A stretch of DNA of 64,000 nt. It comes from an archaeon. GTDB taxonomy: Archaea > Nanobdellota > Nanobdellia > Woesearchaeales > GW2011-AR9. Shown here one piece after another: positions 29,617 through 39,000 of the stretch; position 1 is the stretch's first letter; each line of letters opens with the position of its first letter. The stretch covers positions 33,685 to 97,684 of the forward strand of contig NZCK01000007.1 in NCBI GenBank assembly GCA_002688265.1, written 5' to 3'. Both the position numbers and the translations under genes were made by a program. The notes under the pieces were generated by a model that did not search any database, was not told the origin of the DNA, and saw only the letters and a program-made list of their open reading frames with translations.

Positions 29617-29976
29617 TTATTTTCTCTTTTTCTTAGCTTTCTTTTTCACAGTTTTTCTTTTTACTGCTTTTTTCTTAGCTGCTTTTTTCTTAACTGTTGA
29701 TTTCTTTGCTGCAGCTTTTCTCTTAAGTTTAGACTTAGCTTTAACATAACCTCTGGCCTTAAGCTCTTTCTCAACTTGTTTTTTTACAGCATTATGAACT
29801 ATTTTATGATGCTTCTTCCCAACAGCAATCAAATCTCCAGCTAGACTTTTTGCCTCCTTTGAAGTTATCTTTCCTGCTTTCACTAAAGGAGCTAAATGTT
29901 TTTCTAATTCAGATTTCTTCATCCCAGCCGCCTTTAATCCCAAGGCTGCAACCTTTTTCATTTCTTTTAATACCAT
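29617..29976 (-). CDS. Lys/Ala-rich basic DNA-binding protein (histone H1-like tail).
   Basis: The C-terminal 45 aa are almost entirely K/A/R (KRKAAAKKSTVKKKAAKKKAVKRKTVKKKAKKKRK). Confidence 0.5.
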   Translation of the reverse strand: MVLKEMKKVAALGLKAAGMKKSELEKHLAPLVKAGKITSKEAKSLAGDLIAVGKKHHKIVHNAVKKQVEKELKARGYVKAKSKLKRKAAAKKSTVKKKAAKKKAVKRKTVKKKAKKKRK

Positions 29977-30101
29977 TTTTTTTCACCTGTAAAATTTTTT
30001 TTTCCTGTTTTATATTTTTATCTTTTATTATACTTCTTTGTTTTTCTTAATTGTTCTTTTTCTGTTTTCTTTTCTTTCTATATCATATTCTTCCTGCTTA
30101 T

Positions 30102-31787
30102 TCATTTTTTGCGCTGTATATCAGTTGCATCTTTAAGATTTAAAATAATTAGAAACAATAATAATAAAGCCCAAGTTACTGCAACAATAGAATATATTGA
30201 AATATCATAATACATTGGTCCTGTGTGAATTAAAATTGAAGCGCTCAATAAAAAGCTAGCAAATAACAATGAATAAATCCCTAATTTACTAACCCTCCAC
30301 ACAACATGAGATAAATAATGAAATGTTTGATCAATTGTTCCCATCCGATTTTCTAACATTGATAACTTGCGATCCAAACCTTGTAAAGTGGATGGTACTC
30401 TTCCAAATAGCTTCTGGCCCTCATGTAAGAAAATTAATGTCTTTTTGGGGAGACCACTAAAGTCAAATTTAGGAGTTAACATTTTCTCAACATAAGGTTT
30501 AGCTGATTCTACAATGTTAAAGCTAGGGTCTAATTCCCTACAAGAACCTTCAAGGGTTAAAAGTGATTTACTAAATAAAACCATTTGAGCTGGCAAAGAT
30601 ATATTATTCTTACGAGCAACATCAATACAATCGTTTAACATCTTAGCAATTGGTATTTCGCCTATTGGCAAATTATAATACTCTCCGATTGCATGATAAA
30701 TTCCAGTTTCAATATCTCTTAACGGAGGATTAGAATTGTTCACATTTAGATTAATTAATGCATTAGCTGTTTTCTCTAAGCTCCCCGAGATTAGCGCTAC
30801 AAATAATTCAGCAATTTGGTCTTTTAAAACAGAATCAATATAACCTACTATCCCAAAATCAAGAAATGCTATTTTCAAAGAAGAGTTTCTCTTATGAATA
30901 TTATTGGGGATTACAAAAATATTTCCTGGATGCAAATCTGCATGAAAAAAACCATCTACAAATAATTGTTTAAAAACTGCATCAGTTAATTTCTTTATTA
31001 CTTCTCTATTTTGTTTAAGACTTCTCTCTTCTAATAAATGCTCCCCTTCAATAAATTCTATAACTAAAATTTTTTCATTTGAAAGCTTAGGATAAATTTT
31101 TGGGATATGAACACTTTTTTCCCCTGCAAAATTTGTAGTAAACTTAGCCATGTTACGAGCTTCATGGGTTAGATCTAATTCCTTCAAAGTATAAGTTTCA
31201 AACTCTTCAATTACTTTTTCTGGGTTCATAAACTCTATGTTATACCTTCTACCTAATATTTTAGTAAAAGAATAAAGAATAGAAATATCACTTTTGAATC
31301 TTTTTTCAATATTTGGGCGTCTGATTTTTACAGCAACAGTTGTACCATCATGCAAATTTGCTTTGTGGACTTGAGCAATTGAACCACTGGCAATTGCTTT
31401 CTTGCTTATTCTTTTGAAAGATTTTATCCCTTTTGGCAAACATTCTTCTAGACACAATTCTAACTCATCCCACTCCAGGGGCTCTACATGATCTAAAAGC
31501 TTTTCAAAAGATTTTGCATATTCAACTCCAACTAAATCTGGACGCAAAGCTAACAGCTGACCTAACTTCAAAAAACCACCACCTAATCTTTCAAATATCT
31601 GACGGACGGTTTCAGGATGAGTGTGAGCATCATTACCTAAATTTGTTTTTGTATGAAATCTTCTATGCCAAGGAAGATGATGCTTTAAAGAAAAAATATC
31701 AATAAAATGATGGAGTTCTAATTCTAAAAATACAACAGCAATTTCTCTTAGGCGTGCTACCTGCTCGATTGTTTGTTTGACTCCCAT
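30102..31787 (-). CDS. UbiB/ABC1 (AarF) atypical protein kinase family membrane protein.
   Basis: GFFHADLHPGNIFV catalytic motif with the kinase-like N-lobe. C-terminal TM helices. 561 aa. Confidence 0.75.
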   Translation of the reverse strand: MGVKQTIEQVARLREIAVVFLELELHHFIDIFSLKHHLPWHRRFHTKTNLGNDAHTHPETVRQIFERLGGGFLKLGQLLALRPDLVGVEYAKSFEKLLDHVEPLEWDELELCLEECLPKGIKSFKRISKKAIASGSIAQVHKANLHDGTTVAVKIRRPNIEKRFKSDISILYSFTKILGRRYNIEFMNPEKVIEEFETYTLKELDLTHEARNMAKFTTNFAGEKSVHIPKIYPKLSNEKILVIEFIEGEHLLEERSLKQNREVIKKLTDAVFKQLFVDGFFHADLHPGNIFVIPNNIHKRNSSLKIAFLDFGIVGYIDSVLKDQIAELFVALISGSLEKTANALINLNVNNSNPPLRDIETGIYHAIGEYYNLPIGEIPIAKMLNDCIDVARKNNISLPAQMVLFSKSLLTLEGSCRELDPSFNIVESAKPYVEKMLTPKFDFSGLPKKTLIFLHEGQKLFGRVPSTLQGLDRKLSMLENRMGTIDQTFHYLSHVVWRVSKLGIYSLLFASFLLSASILIHTGPMYYDISIYSIVAVTWALLLLFLIILNLKDATDIQRKK

Positions 31788-31894
31788 CCTAAACTAGTAA
31801 TTTATGTTACTAAATACTAATTTAACGCTATTTAATAGTTGTGGTGAATTAAGTACAGTAGAACTAATTCCACTTGTCCTAATTGTATCTGTTG

Positions 31895-32287
31895 TTAGTT
31901 ATCTTGTCCAATTATACTTTTGCAATTCTTAGACCCACACTTACACCCCATGCTTTCTCCAGGAACAAAAGAATCTGAATAATCACTAGTTATTTCCTCA
32001 CCTTTTTCTATGTCTCTCAAAGCAACATCAGAAGAATCATCTACTACTTTTGTATTTGGATCACAAGAATGATTTACATATCTGGCAGGAGGTTGTTGAA
32101 GAAGAAATTTATCTTTTAATGGGTAAACATATCTTCTTTCATTTTCTGAAATTTTTTTTACTTCTTCTTTTGTTAAAATAATATTAAGATTCCACTTAAT
32201 CACTAACTCGCCTTTCTTAAACTTGCGATTAGCAAACAAACCTTTTCCTTCAATGCCCGATTTTTGTATTACCACATCAGAGTTCAT
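31895..32287 (-). CDS. SET-domain protein lysine methyltransferase.
   Basis: RYVNHSCDPN and EITSDY SET motifs, plus a Cys-rich post-SET CKCGSKNCKS. 130 aa. Confidence 0.75.
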   Translation of the reverse strand: MNSDVVIQKSGIEGKGLFANRKFKKGELVIKWNLNIILTKEEVKKISENERRYVYPLKDKFLLQQPPARYVNHSCDPNTKVVDDSSDVALRDIEKGEEITSDYSDSFVPGESMGCKCGSKNCKSIIGQDN

Positions 32288-32385
32288 AAAAATAAATTGT
32301 AAAAGTAATTATTTATATTTTTGGGTATAAAGCCAAAAGTAATTTAAATAGATAGCTTGTTATGAAAGTTCATTCCCATTTTTAT

Positions 32386-32460
32386 GGGCCTGTAGCTTAG
32401 TCTGGATATAGCGGCCGGCTTCGGACCGGCAGGTCAGGGGTTCGAATCCTCTCAGGCTCA
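32386..32460 (+). tRNA. tRNA-Arg (TCG). No encoded CCA.
   Basis: Acceptor gggcctg/caggctc plus A. Anticodon arm gccgg-cuUCGga-ccggc. T-arm agggg-ttcgaat-cctct. No intron. Confidence 0.8.
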
Positions 32461-32555
32461 CTTTTTTCTCTTTTCTTTTCTATTTTTTGCGGATTCGAAC
32501 ATGCGCGAAAATAACTAAAATAAGTCTTCATTAGAGAAACTTTTATAACTTAAGA

Positions 32556-33608
32556 GTGATTACTCTTTTAAAAATGGGGCTTGAGAGATTATTGAGACTA
32601 AAAAATTTATTTGCTGCAGCACCTTTAATTTTAGCAATAGGCTGCCAAGATTATAATGTTAACCGGCTGCCAGAACCATGTGAACCTTGTGAAGATAGCG
32701 ATTTAGATGGCTATGTAGGTAGTGGGAATTGTCCAACTGAGTGTATCACAGATTGTGACGATACAAATTATGATATAAGTCCCATTGGAATTGAAGTTTG
32801 TGATGACCTTGATAATGATTGTAATGGAGTGATTGATGAAGCAGGAGGAGACTTGTACCACTTAGACTCAGATGGAGATGGATTTGGTGGTAAAGAAACC
32901 CATGATTTTTGTAACCCAGAATTTGGTTATGTTCTTAATGATGATGATTGTAATGATGAAGACGTTAATGTAAATCCTGCAGCAACTGAAATCTGCGATG
33001 GAATTGATAATGATTGTAACGGAGAAATAGATGAAGTTGGGAGCGAATGGTACTTAGATTCAGATGGAGATGGATTTGGAGATGTAAATAATAGTCAATT
33101 TGATTGTGACAAACCAGATGGATATGTTGATGATTTAACTGACTGCGATGATGGAAATGAGTTAGTCTTTCCTGGAGCAGAAGAAGTTTGTAACTTACTT
33201 GATGATGATTGTGAAGGAACAATAGATCTTGATCCTAACACTGGCTTTTCTGTATGCCCAGAGTTTCCAGCAACAACTGGCTATTGGCCTCTTGATAATG
33301 ATGGATTTGTAAGTGGAGATTTTGATGTGAAAGATTATAGTGTCAATGAAGTGCATGGAACAAACTCAAATGGAGTATATGTTGAAGGTGCTTTTTTGGA
33401 TACTGAAGGGGCAATATATTTTGATGGAAATAATTCAGAAATTGATTTTGGAGAATTTGCTGGAAACGCTAGTCCTTTGTTACATAATTCAACAGATTCT
33501 TTCACAATAATGCTTTGGATTAATACTTCAATTATCCTTCAGGAAATGCACCAATCATTTGTGAAGATTATGCAAGCTTTGAAAATGAAGAACTTGGCTT
33601 GTATGTAA
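32556..33608 (+). CDS. Secreted lipoprotein with MopE-like putative metal-binding repeats. This is the N-terminal part of a frameshifted gene.
   Basis: Lipobox LILAIGC. There are at least four repeats of the CDDx..P..E.CDxxDNDCNGxIDE pattern. The start of a LamG/ConA-like domain (AIYFDGNNSEIDF...FTIMLWINT) then runs into an out-of-frame tail. Confidence 0.55.
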   Translation: MITLLKMGLERLLRLKNLFAAAPLILAIGCQDYNVNRLPEPCEPCEDSDLDGYVGSGNCPTECITDCDDTNYDISPIGIEVCDDLDNDCNGVIDEAGGDLYHLDSDGDGFGGKETHDFCNPEFGYVLNDDDCNDEDVNVNPAATEICDGIDNDCNGEIDEVGSEWYLDSDGDGFGDVNNSQFDCDKPDGYVDDLTDCDDGNELVFPGAEEVCNLLDDDCEGTIDLDPNTGFSVCPEFPATTGYWPLDNDGFVSGDFDVKDYSVNEVHGTNSNGVYVEGAFLDTEGAIYFDGNNSEIDFGEFAGNASPLLHNSTDSFTIMLWINTSIILQEMHQSFVKIMQALKMKNLACM

Positions 33609-34006
33609 ACTCAGATGGAAATCTATTTTTTAATTTACGTGGTAGTGATGGCCCAGGAACCTCACTAAAAGCATACAGTACAAGCACTGTTGTCACAGGT
33701 TCTTGGGAACATATTGCAGCAGTTTACAGTGTTCAAGACTCAGAAATGAGAATTTATGTCAATGGTACTCTTGAAGGAAGCCAAATAACTGATGGGAGTA
33801 CTGGACTTGGAACCCTTTCTGGATCTTTACAAAACGGTTCTTTGCACTTTGCAAAAAAACCAAGCGATATTAATGATGATAATTTTGCTGTTATAACATT
33901 AGACGATGTAGCATGGTTTGATGATGCACTTGAAGCTAGTACGGCAGAAGATACACTTAGTACGTACCTTTCTTTAGGTATTCCTTTTGGTGATTATTAT
34001 CCTTAA
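33599..34006 (+). CDS. LamG/concanavalin-A-like domain, C-terminal part of the frameshifted lipoprotein gene. The frame is open from 33524.
   Basis: YPSGNAPII...LYVNSDGNLFFNL...HIAAVYSVQDSEMRIYVNGTL continues the LamG fold begun in frame 0. An apparent -1 shift lies between 33524 and 33538. Confidence 0.5.
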   Translation: MYVNSDGNLFFNLRGSDGPGTSLKAYSTSTVVTGSWEHIAAVYSVQDSEMRIYVNGTLEGSQITDGSTGLGTLSGSLQNGSLHFAKKPSDINDDNFAVITLDDVAWFDDALEASTAEDTLSTYLSLGIPFGDYYP

Positions 34007-34072
34007 TTTAGAAATATTTGCTTCTTTTTGATTGAAAGACTTTTTAAATACTTGGCGTTTTAGTAGTATATT

Positions 34073-35422
34073 ATGGTCTTAGAAAAATTAGGAGATAGTC
34101 TTCGTGCAACACTAAAGAAGATTACTGGAGCTGGCCTAGTTGATGAAAAAATTATCAACGAATTAGTAAAGGATATTCAACGTGCTCTTCTGCAAAGCGA
34201 CACAAATGTAAAACTAGTCTTTGCTCTTGGGAAAAAGATTAAAGAAAGGGCAAGGCAACCAGCACCAACAGGCATTTCTCAAAGAGAATACTTAATCAAT
34301 ATTGTATATGAAGAATTGGTAGCATTCTTGGGAGCTGAAGCAAGAGAAATCGTGCTTGATAAAAAACCAAAAAAAATTATGTTAGTTGGACTATTTGGTT
34401 CTGGAAAAACCACCACTTGTGGGAAACTTGCTAAATATTATAAAAAACGAGGGATGAAAGTTGCAGTTATCCAAACCGATACTTGGAGACCCGCAGCCTA
34501 CGAACAACTTAAACAATTAGCTTCAAAAGTAGGAGTTGATTTCTTTGGCGATGAATCTCTTAAAGATCCTAGTGCTATTTATTCCAAATATGAAAAAGAA
34601 CTTTTACAATATGATCTTGTGATCGTTGACACCGCTGGACGTGATGCACTCTCAGATGAATTAATTAGTGAGTTAACAGCAATTCATTCTGCTGTTGGTG
34701 CTGATGAAAAACTTCTCGTTATCTCTGCAGACATAGGACAATCTGCCCAAAAACAAGCACAAATGTTCCACGACACTTGTGCAGTTACCGGAGTAATTGT
34801 TACTAAACTAGAAGGGACTGCAAAAGGAGGAGGAGCACTATCTGCTTGTGCAGTTACAGGTGCACCAATTATGTTTATTGGAATTGGAGAAAAAGTTGAT
34901 GACTTAGAAGTTTTCTATCCAAAGAGGTTTGTAGGTAGATTACTTGGAATGGGAGACATTGAAAGTTTACTCGAGAAAGCACGCGAAGCAATTACTGAAG
35001 ATGAAGCTGCTGACATGACTGACAAATTCATGAGTGGAGATTTCAATCTTAATGATCTATATGAACAAATGGCATCCATGAAAAAAATGGGGTCCCTTGG
35101 AAAATTAATGGAAATGATCCCTGGAATGGGTGCATTGAAGCTTCCTAAGGAGATGTTAGATGTACAGGAGGGGAAATTGCAAAAATGGAAATATGCAATG
35201 GATTCTATGACTGCAAAAGAGAGGGAAGAACCTTCAGTATTTAGTAGTTCTAGAATTGAAAGGGTTGCTACTGGAGCTGGAATTTCAGTTAGGGATGTTA
35301 GGGATTTACTTAAACAATTTAGACAAAGTAAAAAGATGATGAAAATGTTTAAAGGAGAAAAAGATCCTGCCGCTATGATGAAAAAATTTAAAGGGAAATT
35401 GCCGGCAGGGTTTGGTGGGTAA
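34073..35422 (+). CDS. srp54: Signal recognition particle protein SRP54.
   Basis: N domain plus GTPase with GLFGSGKTTTCGKLA, DTAGR and TKLEGTAKGG. Met-rich M domain (MMKMFKG...MMKKFKG). Confidence 0.9.
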   Translation: MVLEKLGDSLRATLKKITGAGLVDEKIINELVKDIQRALLQSDTNVKLVFALGKKIKERARQPAPTGISQREYLINIVYEELVAFLGAEAREIVLDKKPKKIMLVGLFGSGKTTTCGKLAKYYKKRGMKVAVIQTDTWRPAAYEQLKQLASKVGVDFFGDESLKDPSAIYSKYEKELLQYDLVIVDTAGRDALSDELISELTAIHSAVGADEKLLVISADIGQSAQKQAQMFHDTCAVTGVIVTKLEGTAKGGGALSACAVTGAPIMFIGIGEKVDDLEVFYPKRFVGRLLGMGDIESLLEKAREAITEDEAADMTDKFMSGDFNLNDLYEQMASMKKMGSLGKLMEMIPGMGALKLPKEMLDVQEGKLQKWKYAMDSMTAKEREEPSVFSSSRIERVATGAGISVRDVRDLLKQFRQSKKMMKMFKGEKDPAAMMKKFKGKLPAGFGG

Positions 35423-35586
35423 ATAACACTTTTTATAAAAAGAAATAAAAAGGTCTTCTTCTTTATTTATCTCATTTGTGAAATTGAATCTATAGAGTGA
35501 TGAGTTGGCAAGATGACAAGTTTAGACCAAATTAAAATATTTTTAAGGAAATTAGATCTGATAGAAGGAAAGTTGTTCGTAGAGTT

Positions 35587-36177
35587 ATGAGCCAATATGC
35601 TGAGCTTAGGGATTTTGGAGGATTGTATAACCATCCTAGGATGAATGAATTTGAACATTCAGAATATTTTGATAACAAGAACGCAGCTTTTGCAAAAAGA
35701 GGAAGAAGATCTCTTAGAAAATCTATTGGGATTGAGAGGAAAGAAGCAAGACACTTTGATAAATTGTTAGAGTTTTTGAAAAAACTAGCGCCGCTACTTA
35801 CAGAACCTTACTTTAACCAATTAGGGTCAATAATTATTGCTCTTGAAACTTATCATGCTGGAACAGTTAAAGCCTTATCTGTTGGAGGATCATTGGACAA
35901 ACAAGTTCGGCAGAATAGTGATCTTCGAAAGATTGCCTCAACATTAATCCCACAAGTTAAAAAATTTATAGAGGAAGTTAATGTCCCTTTCATGGCTTCT
36001 CTTAAAGAATTAGATGCATTTTGTAACCAAGAAGCTGCGATACTTGAAGCAAAACGAAAAGCCATTACATTAAATATTCCTATTGATGCTGGTTTAAAAA
36101 GTTGTAATGTAACTCCAAAAATAATCTTGATGGATACTTCTTTCTTGTTCAGAGTGTTAGAAGCTAGGAAAAACTAA
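35587..36177 (+). CDS. Hypothetical protein whose C-terminus begins a PIN domain. It is terminated by an in-frame TAA.
   Basis: The last residues PKIILMDTSFLFRVLEARKN resemble PIN strand-1 with the catalytic Asp. TAA is at 36175-36177. Confidence 0.5.
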   Translation: MSQYAELRDFGGLYNHPRMNEFEHSEYFDNKNAAFAKRGRRSLRKSIGIERKEARHFDKLLEFLKKLAPLLTEPYFNQLGSIIIALETYHAGTVKALSVGGSLDKQVRQNSDLRKIASTLIPQVKKFIEEVNVPFMASLKELDAFCNQEAAILEAKRKAITLNIPIDAGLKSCNVTPKIILMDTSFLFRVLEARKN

Positions 36178-36621
36178 AAAAAAGAACTGGTTAATTTACA
36201 TCTGCCACCTCGAGTTGAAAAAAACTACCCTATAGAAGTACTTAGAGAAAAAAAACAAGGAGAGGTTAGAGTTTTTAGAAGAGTTCTTGATAATGAACAA
36301 TTTAGTTCAGTCCATATAGGACTGACAGATAAAGAAAAAAATGAAGTTTTATACCTTTGGAAAAAAACTGGCAAATATTCTGTTTCTACAGAAGAAGAAA
36401 AAAGAAAATTTTTTGCTTCAGCAGATATTAAATTACTAGGGTTGGCATTAAGAGAAGTTAGAAAATATCCTAGTGCAGTTGTAGTCATACTTACAACAGA
36501 CGCAGATATTTATGATACTGTTAGAAAAGCTAAATTTTATTACAGGGGAACTTATCCACACTGGCGACGAGTAAGTTGTTTTCAGTATTATGAAAGTACT
36601 GGATTTAAAAGAGCTGCCTAA
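36178..36621 (+). CDS. PIN-domain remainder. It continues in frame from 35587..36177 with no start codon, so it is either readthrough or a pseudogene fragment.
   Basis: 148 sense codons follow the TAA with no ATG or GTG. PIN C-terminal motifs are SADIKLLGLALRE and VVVILTTDADIY. This is statistically very unlikely to be non-coding in an AT-rich genome. Confidence 0.45.
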   Translation, partial: KKELVNLHLPPRVEKNYPIEVLREKKQGEVRVFRRVLDNEQFSSVHIGLTDKEKNEVLYLWKKTGKYSVSTEEEKRKFFASADIKLLGLALREVRKYPSAVVVILTTDADIYDTVRKAKFYYRGTYPHWRRVSCFQYYESTGFKRAA

Positions 36622-37076
36622 AGTAAATCTAACTCTTTTAGAAGACGTCTGCCATTAAGAGTTTTTCTGAGTTGACTTGCTGAAATAATAGAATAATCTG
36701 TTCTTTCAATAGTATCAATCTCTCCACCAACAGTAAGACGCACATCATACAATTCTAATTTGTTGCCAGTAGTAGTGAATACTCTTTGGGTTCTTTGAGA
36801 TGCAAATAATTCTCTGACATCCTCTTCAAATGAAGTGGATTCACCAATTATTGGAATAGAATATAACTCATCATAAGGAGTATTGAAAGGAATTGCAGAA
36901 GCAGAATAACTAAACAGCAAATCATTGATTATTTCAGTTTCTTGAAGAGAAAAAGCATCTCTTCTTACATGGAAATAATCACCAATATGAACTGAGTTTA
37001 TATCCAATAATGCTTTGTCAAGAACCCAAATTGGACGAAATGCAAATCGTAAATCTAAATCTGCTGCTGCCTCCAT
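36618..37076 (-). CDS. Hypothetical protein.
   Basis: 152-aa ORF. No family recognised. Confidence 0.4.
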   Translation of the reverse strand: MEAAADLDLRFAFRPIWVLDKALLDINSVHIGDYFHVRRDAFSLQETEIINDLLFSYSASAIPFNTPYDELYSIPIIGESTSFEEDVRELFASQRTQRVFTTTGNKLELYDVRLTVGGEIDTIERTDYSIISASQLRKTLNGRRLLKELDLL

Positions 37077-37259
37077 AAACCAAATATAGATGGTTTTTTA
37101 TAAAGTTATCTCTAGAACGTAGTTACAGTGTGTCAAATTAAGTAGAAATCTGTTTTTTATTTGGTACTAGGCCTTTCACTCCGATAGCCACAAACTTTAC
37201 AATACTTCACTAGATACATACCATCTGAGAACTTATGCTGACCTTTATGTAATTGTTTT

Positions 37260-37889
37260 TTACAATCGGGACACTGTGTGTTTTCCATCATCATTTACCT
37301 CAATTAAAGTACCTGTCTTTCCAACATTAAAAACTCTGGTATTTCCTATCTTTTCTTCCATTCCATGAGTTTCATGGATATGTCCACAGATATGAAGTGC
37401 TGGTTGGAACTCTTCTACTGCTTTACGTACACCAGTTGATCCTGGGAAAACTCCAAGTCCAATTACTGAATCACTTGGCTGGACATGTGAAACCATAATT
37501 TTATGTTTCACGTCTTTAACTTGTTCATGCGCTTGCTTTAAAGTTGCGAAAAATTCAGCTTCTGAAAGTTGATGAATTCCAACATCAGCATAACCACAAC
37601 CAAAAATTCCTACATCACCTTTCTGGATAACATAGCCGTGTAAACTTTTGGCATCATAATGTTTAGTTAGAAAATTAGTTTTAGCTAAACCTTCATGATT
37701 ACCAGGAATAATTGCAACATCTAAACCTTCTGCTTTTAGAGGACCCACTAAACCATCAATATTTCCATCATCATCAGCTAAGTCTCCAGCTAAAATAACT
37801 AAATCTACTTCCGCGGCCTTGCCTTTTTTGGCCATCTGCTGCATGAACCGTTTGTCCCCGTGAATGTCTGAGAGTGCTAGAATTTTCAT
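37260..37889 (-). CDS. Calcineurin-like metallophosphoesterase.
   Basis: LALSDIHGD, LAGDLADDDG, GNHE and GHIHE metal-binding motifs. Confidence 0.7.
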   Translation of the reverse strand: MKILALSDIHGDKRFMQQMAKKGKAAEVDLVILAGDLADDDGNIDGLVGPLKAEGLDVAIIPGNHEGLAKTNFLTKHYDAKSLHGYVIQKGDVGIFGCGYADVGIHQLSEAEFFATLKQAHEQVKDVKHKIMVSHVQPSDSVIGLGVFPGSTGVRKAVEEFQPALHICGHIHETHGMEEKIGNTRVFNVGKTGTLIEVNDDGKHTVSRL

Positions 37890-38023
37890 AAGTGTTTTTA
37901 AGGCATTTTGCTTTATAAATCTTTTGGTTAATTACTGTGCAGTGATTAAATTGATGCATTTTTGTCTTTTTTGAAGGATATTTTGCAATCGTCTTTATTA
38001 ATTAGGAGTTTTCTTGATTTCAT

Positions 38024-38989
38024 ATGCAAATCAAAAGAGATCCTAATCAGGCTTTTTATCTTTGGCTGAGTAGTGTTTTGTTGTACGGCCTTGGTCTGTT
38101 GTTCGTGCGCTTTGGACCACACTACTCCTGGTTTGTGTCTGCTCCTGTGCAAGAGATATTGTTTTGGATGTACCTAGGATTTGTGGTTTTGAGCATTCCA
38201 TATTATGTAATGACAGCAACTCGATATTCAACCAATAAATCCTTCTTGTTTTTTCGGTTTCTTTTCAAAAATATTTCTTCTTTGAGACAAGGAAAATTTT
38301 CTTCAGTTGAAAATGAAGAAAAAGTAGCTGTACTTTTTACTGGCGTGAAGTTGTTTTTTTTACCTTTAATGTTGCAATTTTTGTATCAGAACTATAATGA
38401 CTTACTAGGAGTTTTAAGTTCTCCTTGGTCTTATGGTTTCTTCTTGATCTTGTTGTTTACAATCGATACTGCCATCTTCGCTTTTGGATACACCTTTGAA
38501 TTTGCGTTTTTGAAAAATACAGTTCGTTCTGTTGAGCCAACTTTTTTTGGATGGTTGGTTTGTTTGCTCTGTTACCCACCATTTAATTGGAGACTGGGAG
38601 ATGTGATCCCTTGGGGAGCAAATGATTACATGTACTTTTGGAATCCAACATTAGATATTATTTGTAAAGTTTTAGTGATTGTTCTACTTTTGGGATATAC
38701 TTTAGCTTCAGTATGGCTCGGACCAAAAGCATCAAACTTAACCAATCGAGGAATTGTAACTAGTGGCCCTTATGCAATTATTCGTCATCCAGCTTACATC
38801 TGTAAAAACGGAATTTGGTGGTTGACACTCTTGCCTGTGATGTCTTGGCCATTCTTTTTTGGAATGTTGTTTTGGTCAGTCTTGTATTATTACCGAGCAC
38901 TAACAGAAGAGCGACATTTGGGAGAAGATGCTGATTATGTAGAGTACTGTAGACAAGTTAAGTGGCGGTTTGTGCCGTTTGTTTGGTGA
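38024..38989 (+). CDS. Membrane methyltransferase of the ICMT/PEMT (Ste14-like) family with an extended N-terminal multi-TM region.
   Basis: C-terminal IVTSGPYAIIRHPAYICKNG...EERHLGEDADYVEYCRQVKWRFVPF matches the isoprenylcysteine carboxyl / phospholipid methyltransferase signature. Confidence 0.65.
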   Translation: MQIKRDPNQAFYLWLSSVLLYGLGLLFVRFGPHYSWFVSAPVQEILFWMYLGFVVLSIPYYVMTATRYSTNKSFLFFRFLFKNISSLRQGKFSSVENEEKVAVLFTGVKLFFLPLMLQFLYQNYNDLLGVLSSPWSYGFFLILLFTIDTAIFAFGYTFEFAFLKNTVRSVEPTFFGWLVCLLCYPPFNWRLGDVIPWGANDYMYFWNPTLDIICKVLVIVLLLGYTLASVWLGPKASNLTNRGIVTSGPYAIIRHPAYICKNGIWWLTLLPVMSWPFFFGMLFWSVLYYYRALTEERHLGEDADYVEYCRQVKWRFVPFVW

Positions 38990-39000
38990 GGAGAAAAAAA

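Noticed and set aside
37157-37294. Possible small zinc-ribbon ORF overlapping the 3' end of the phosphoesterase gene in the -1 frame (MMMENTQCPDCKK...).
   Set aside because: On careful re-reading of the complement the frame terminates after 31 aa (…MYLVKYL-TAA at 37196-37198). That leaves only a single CxxC pair. My first pass mis-copied one T. It is too short and too weak to call.
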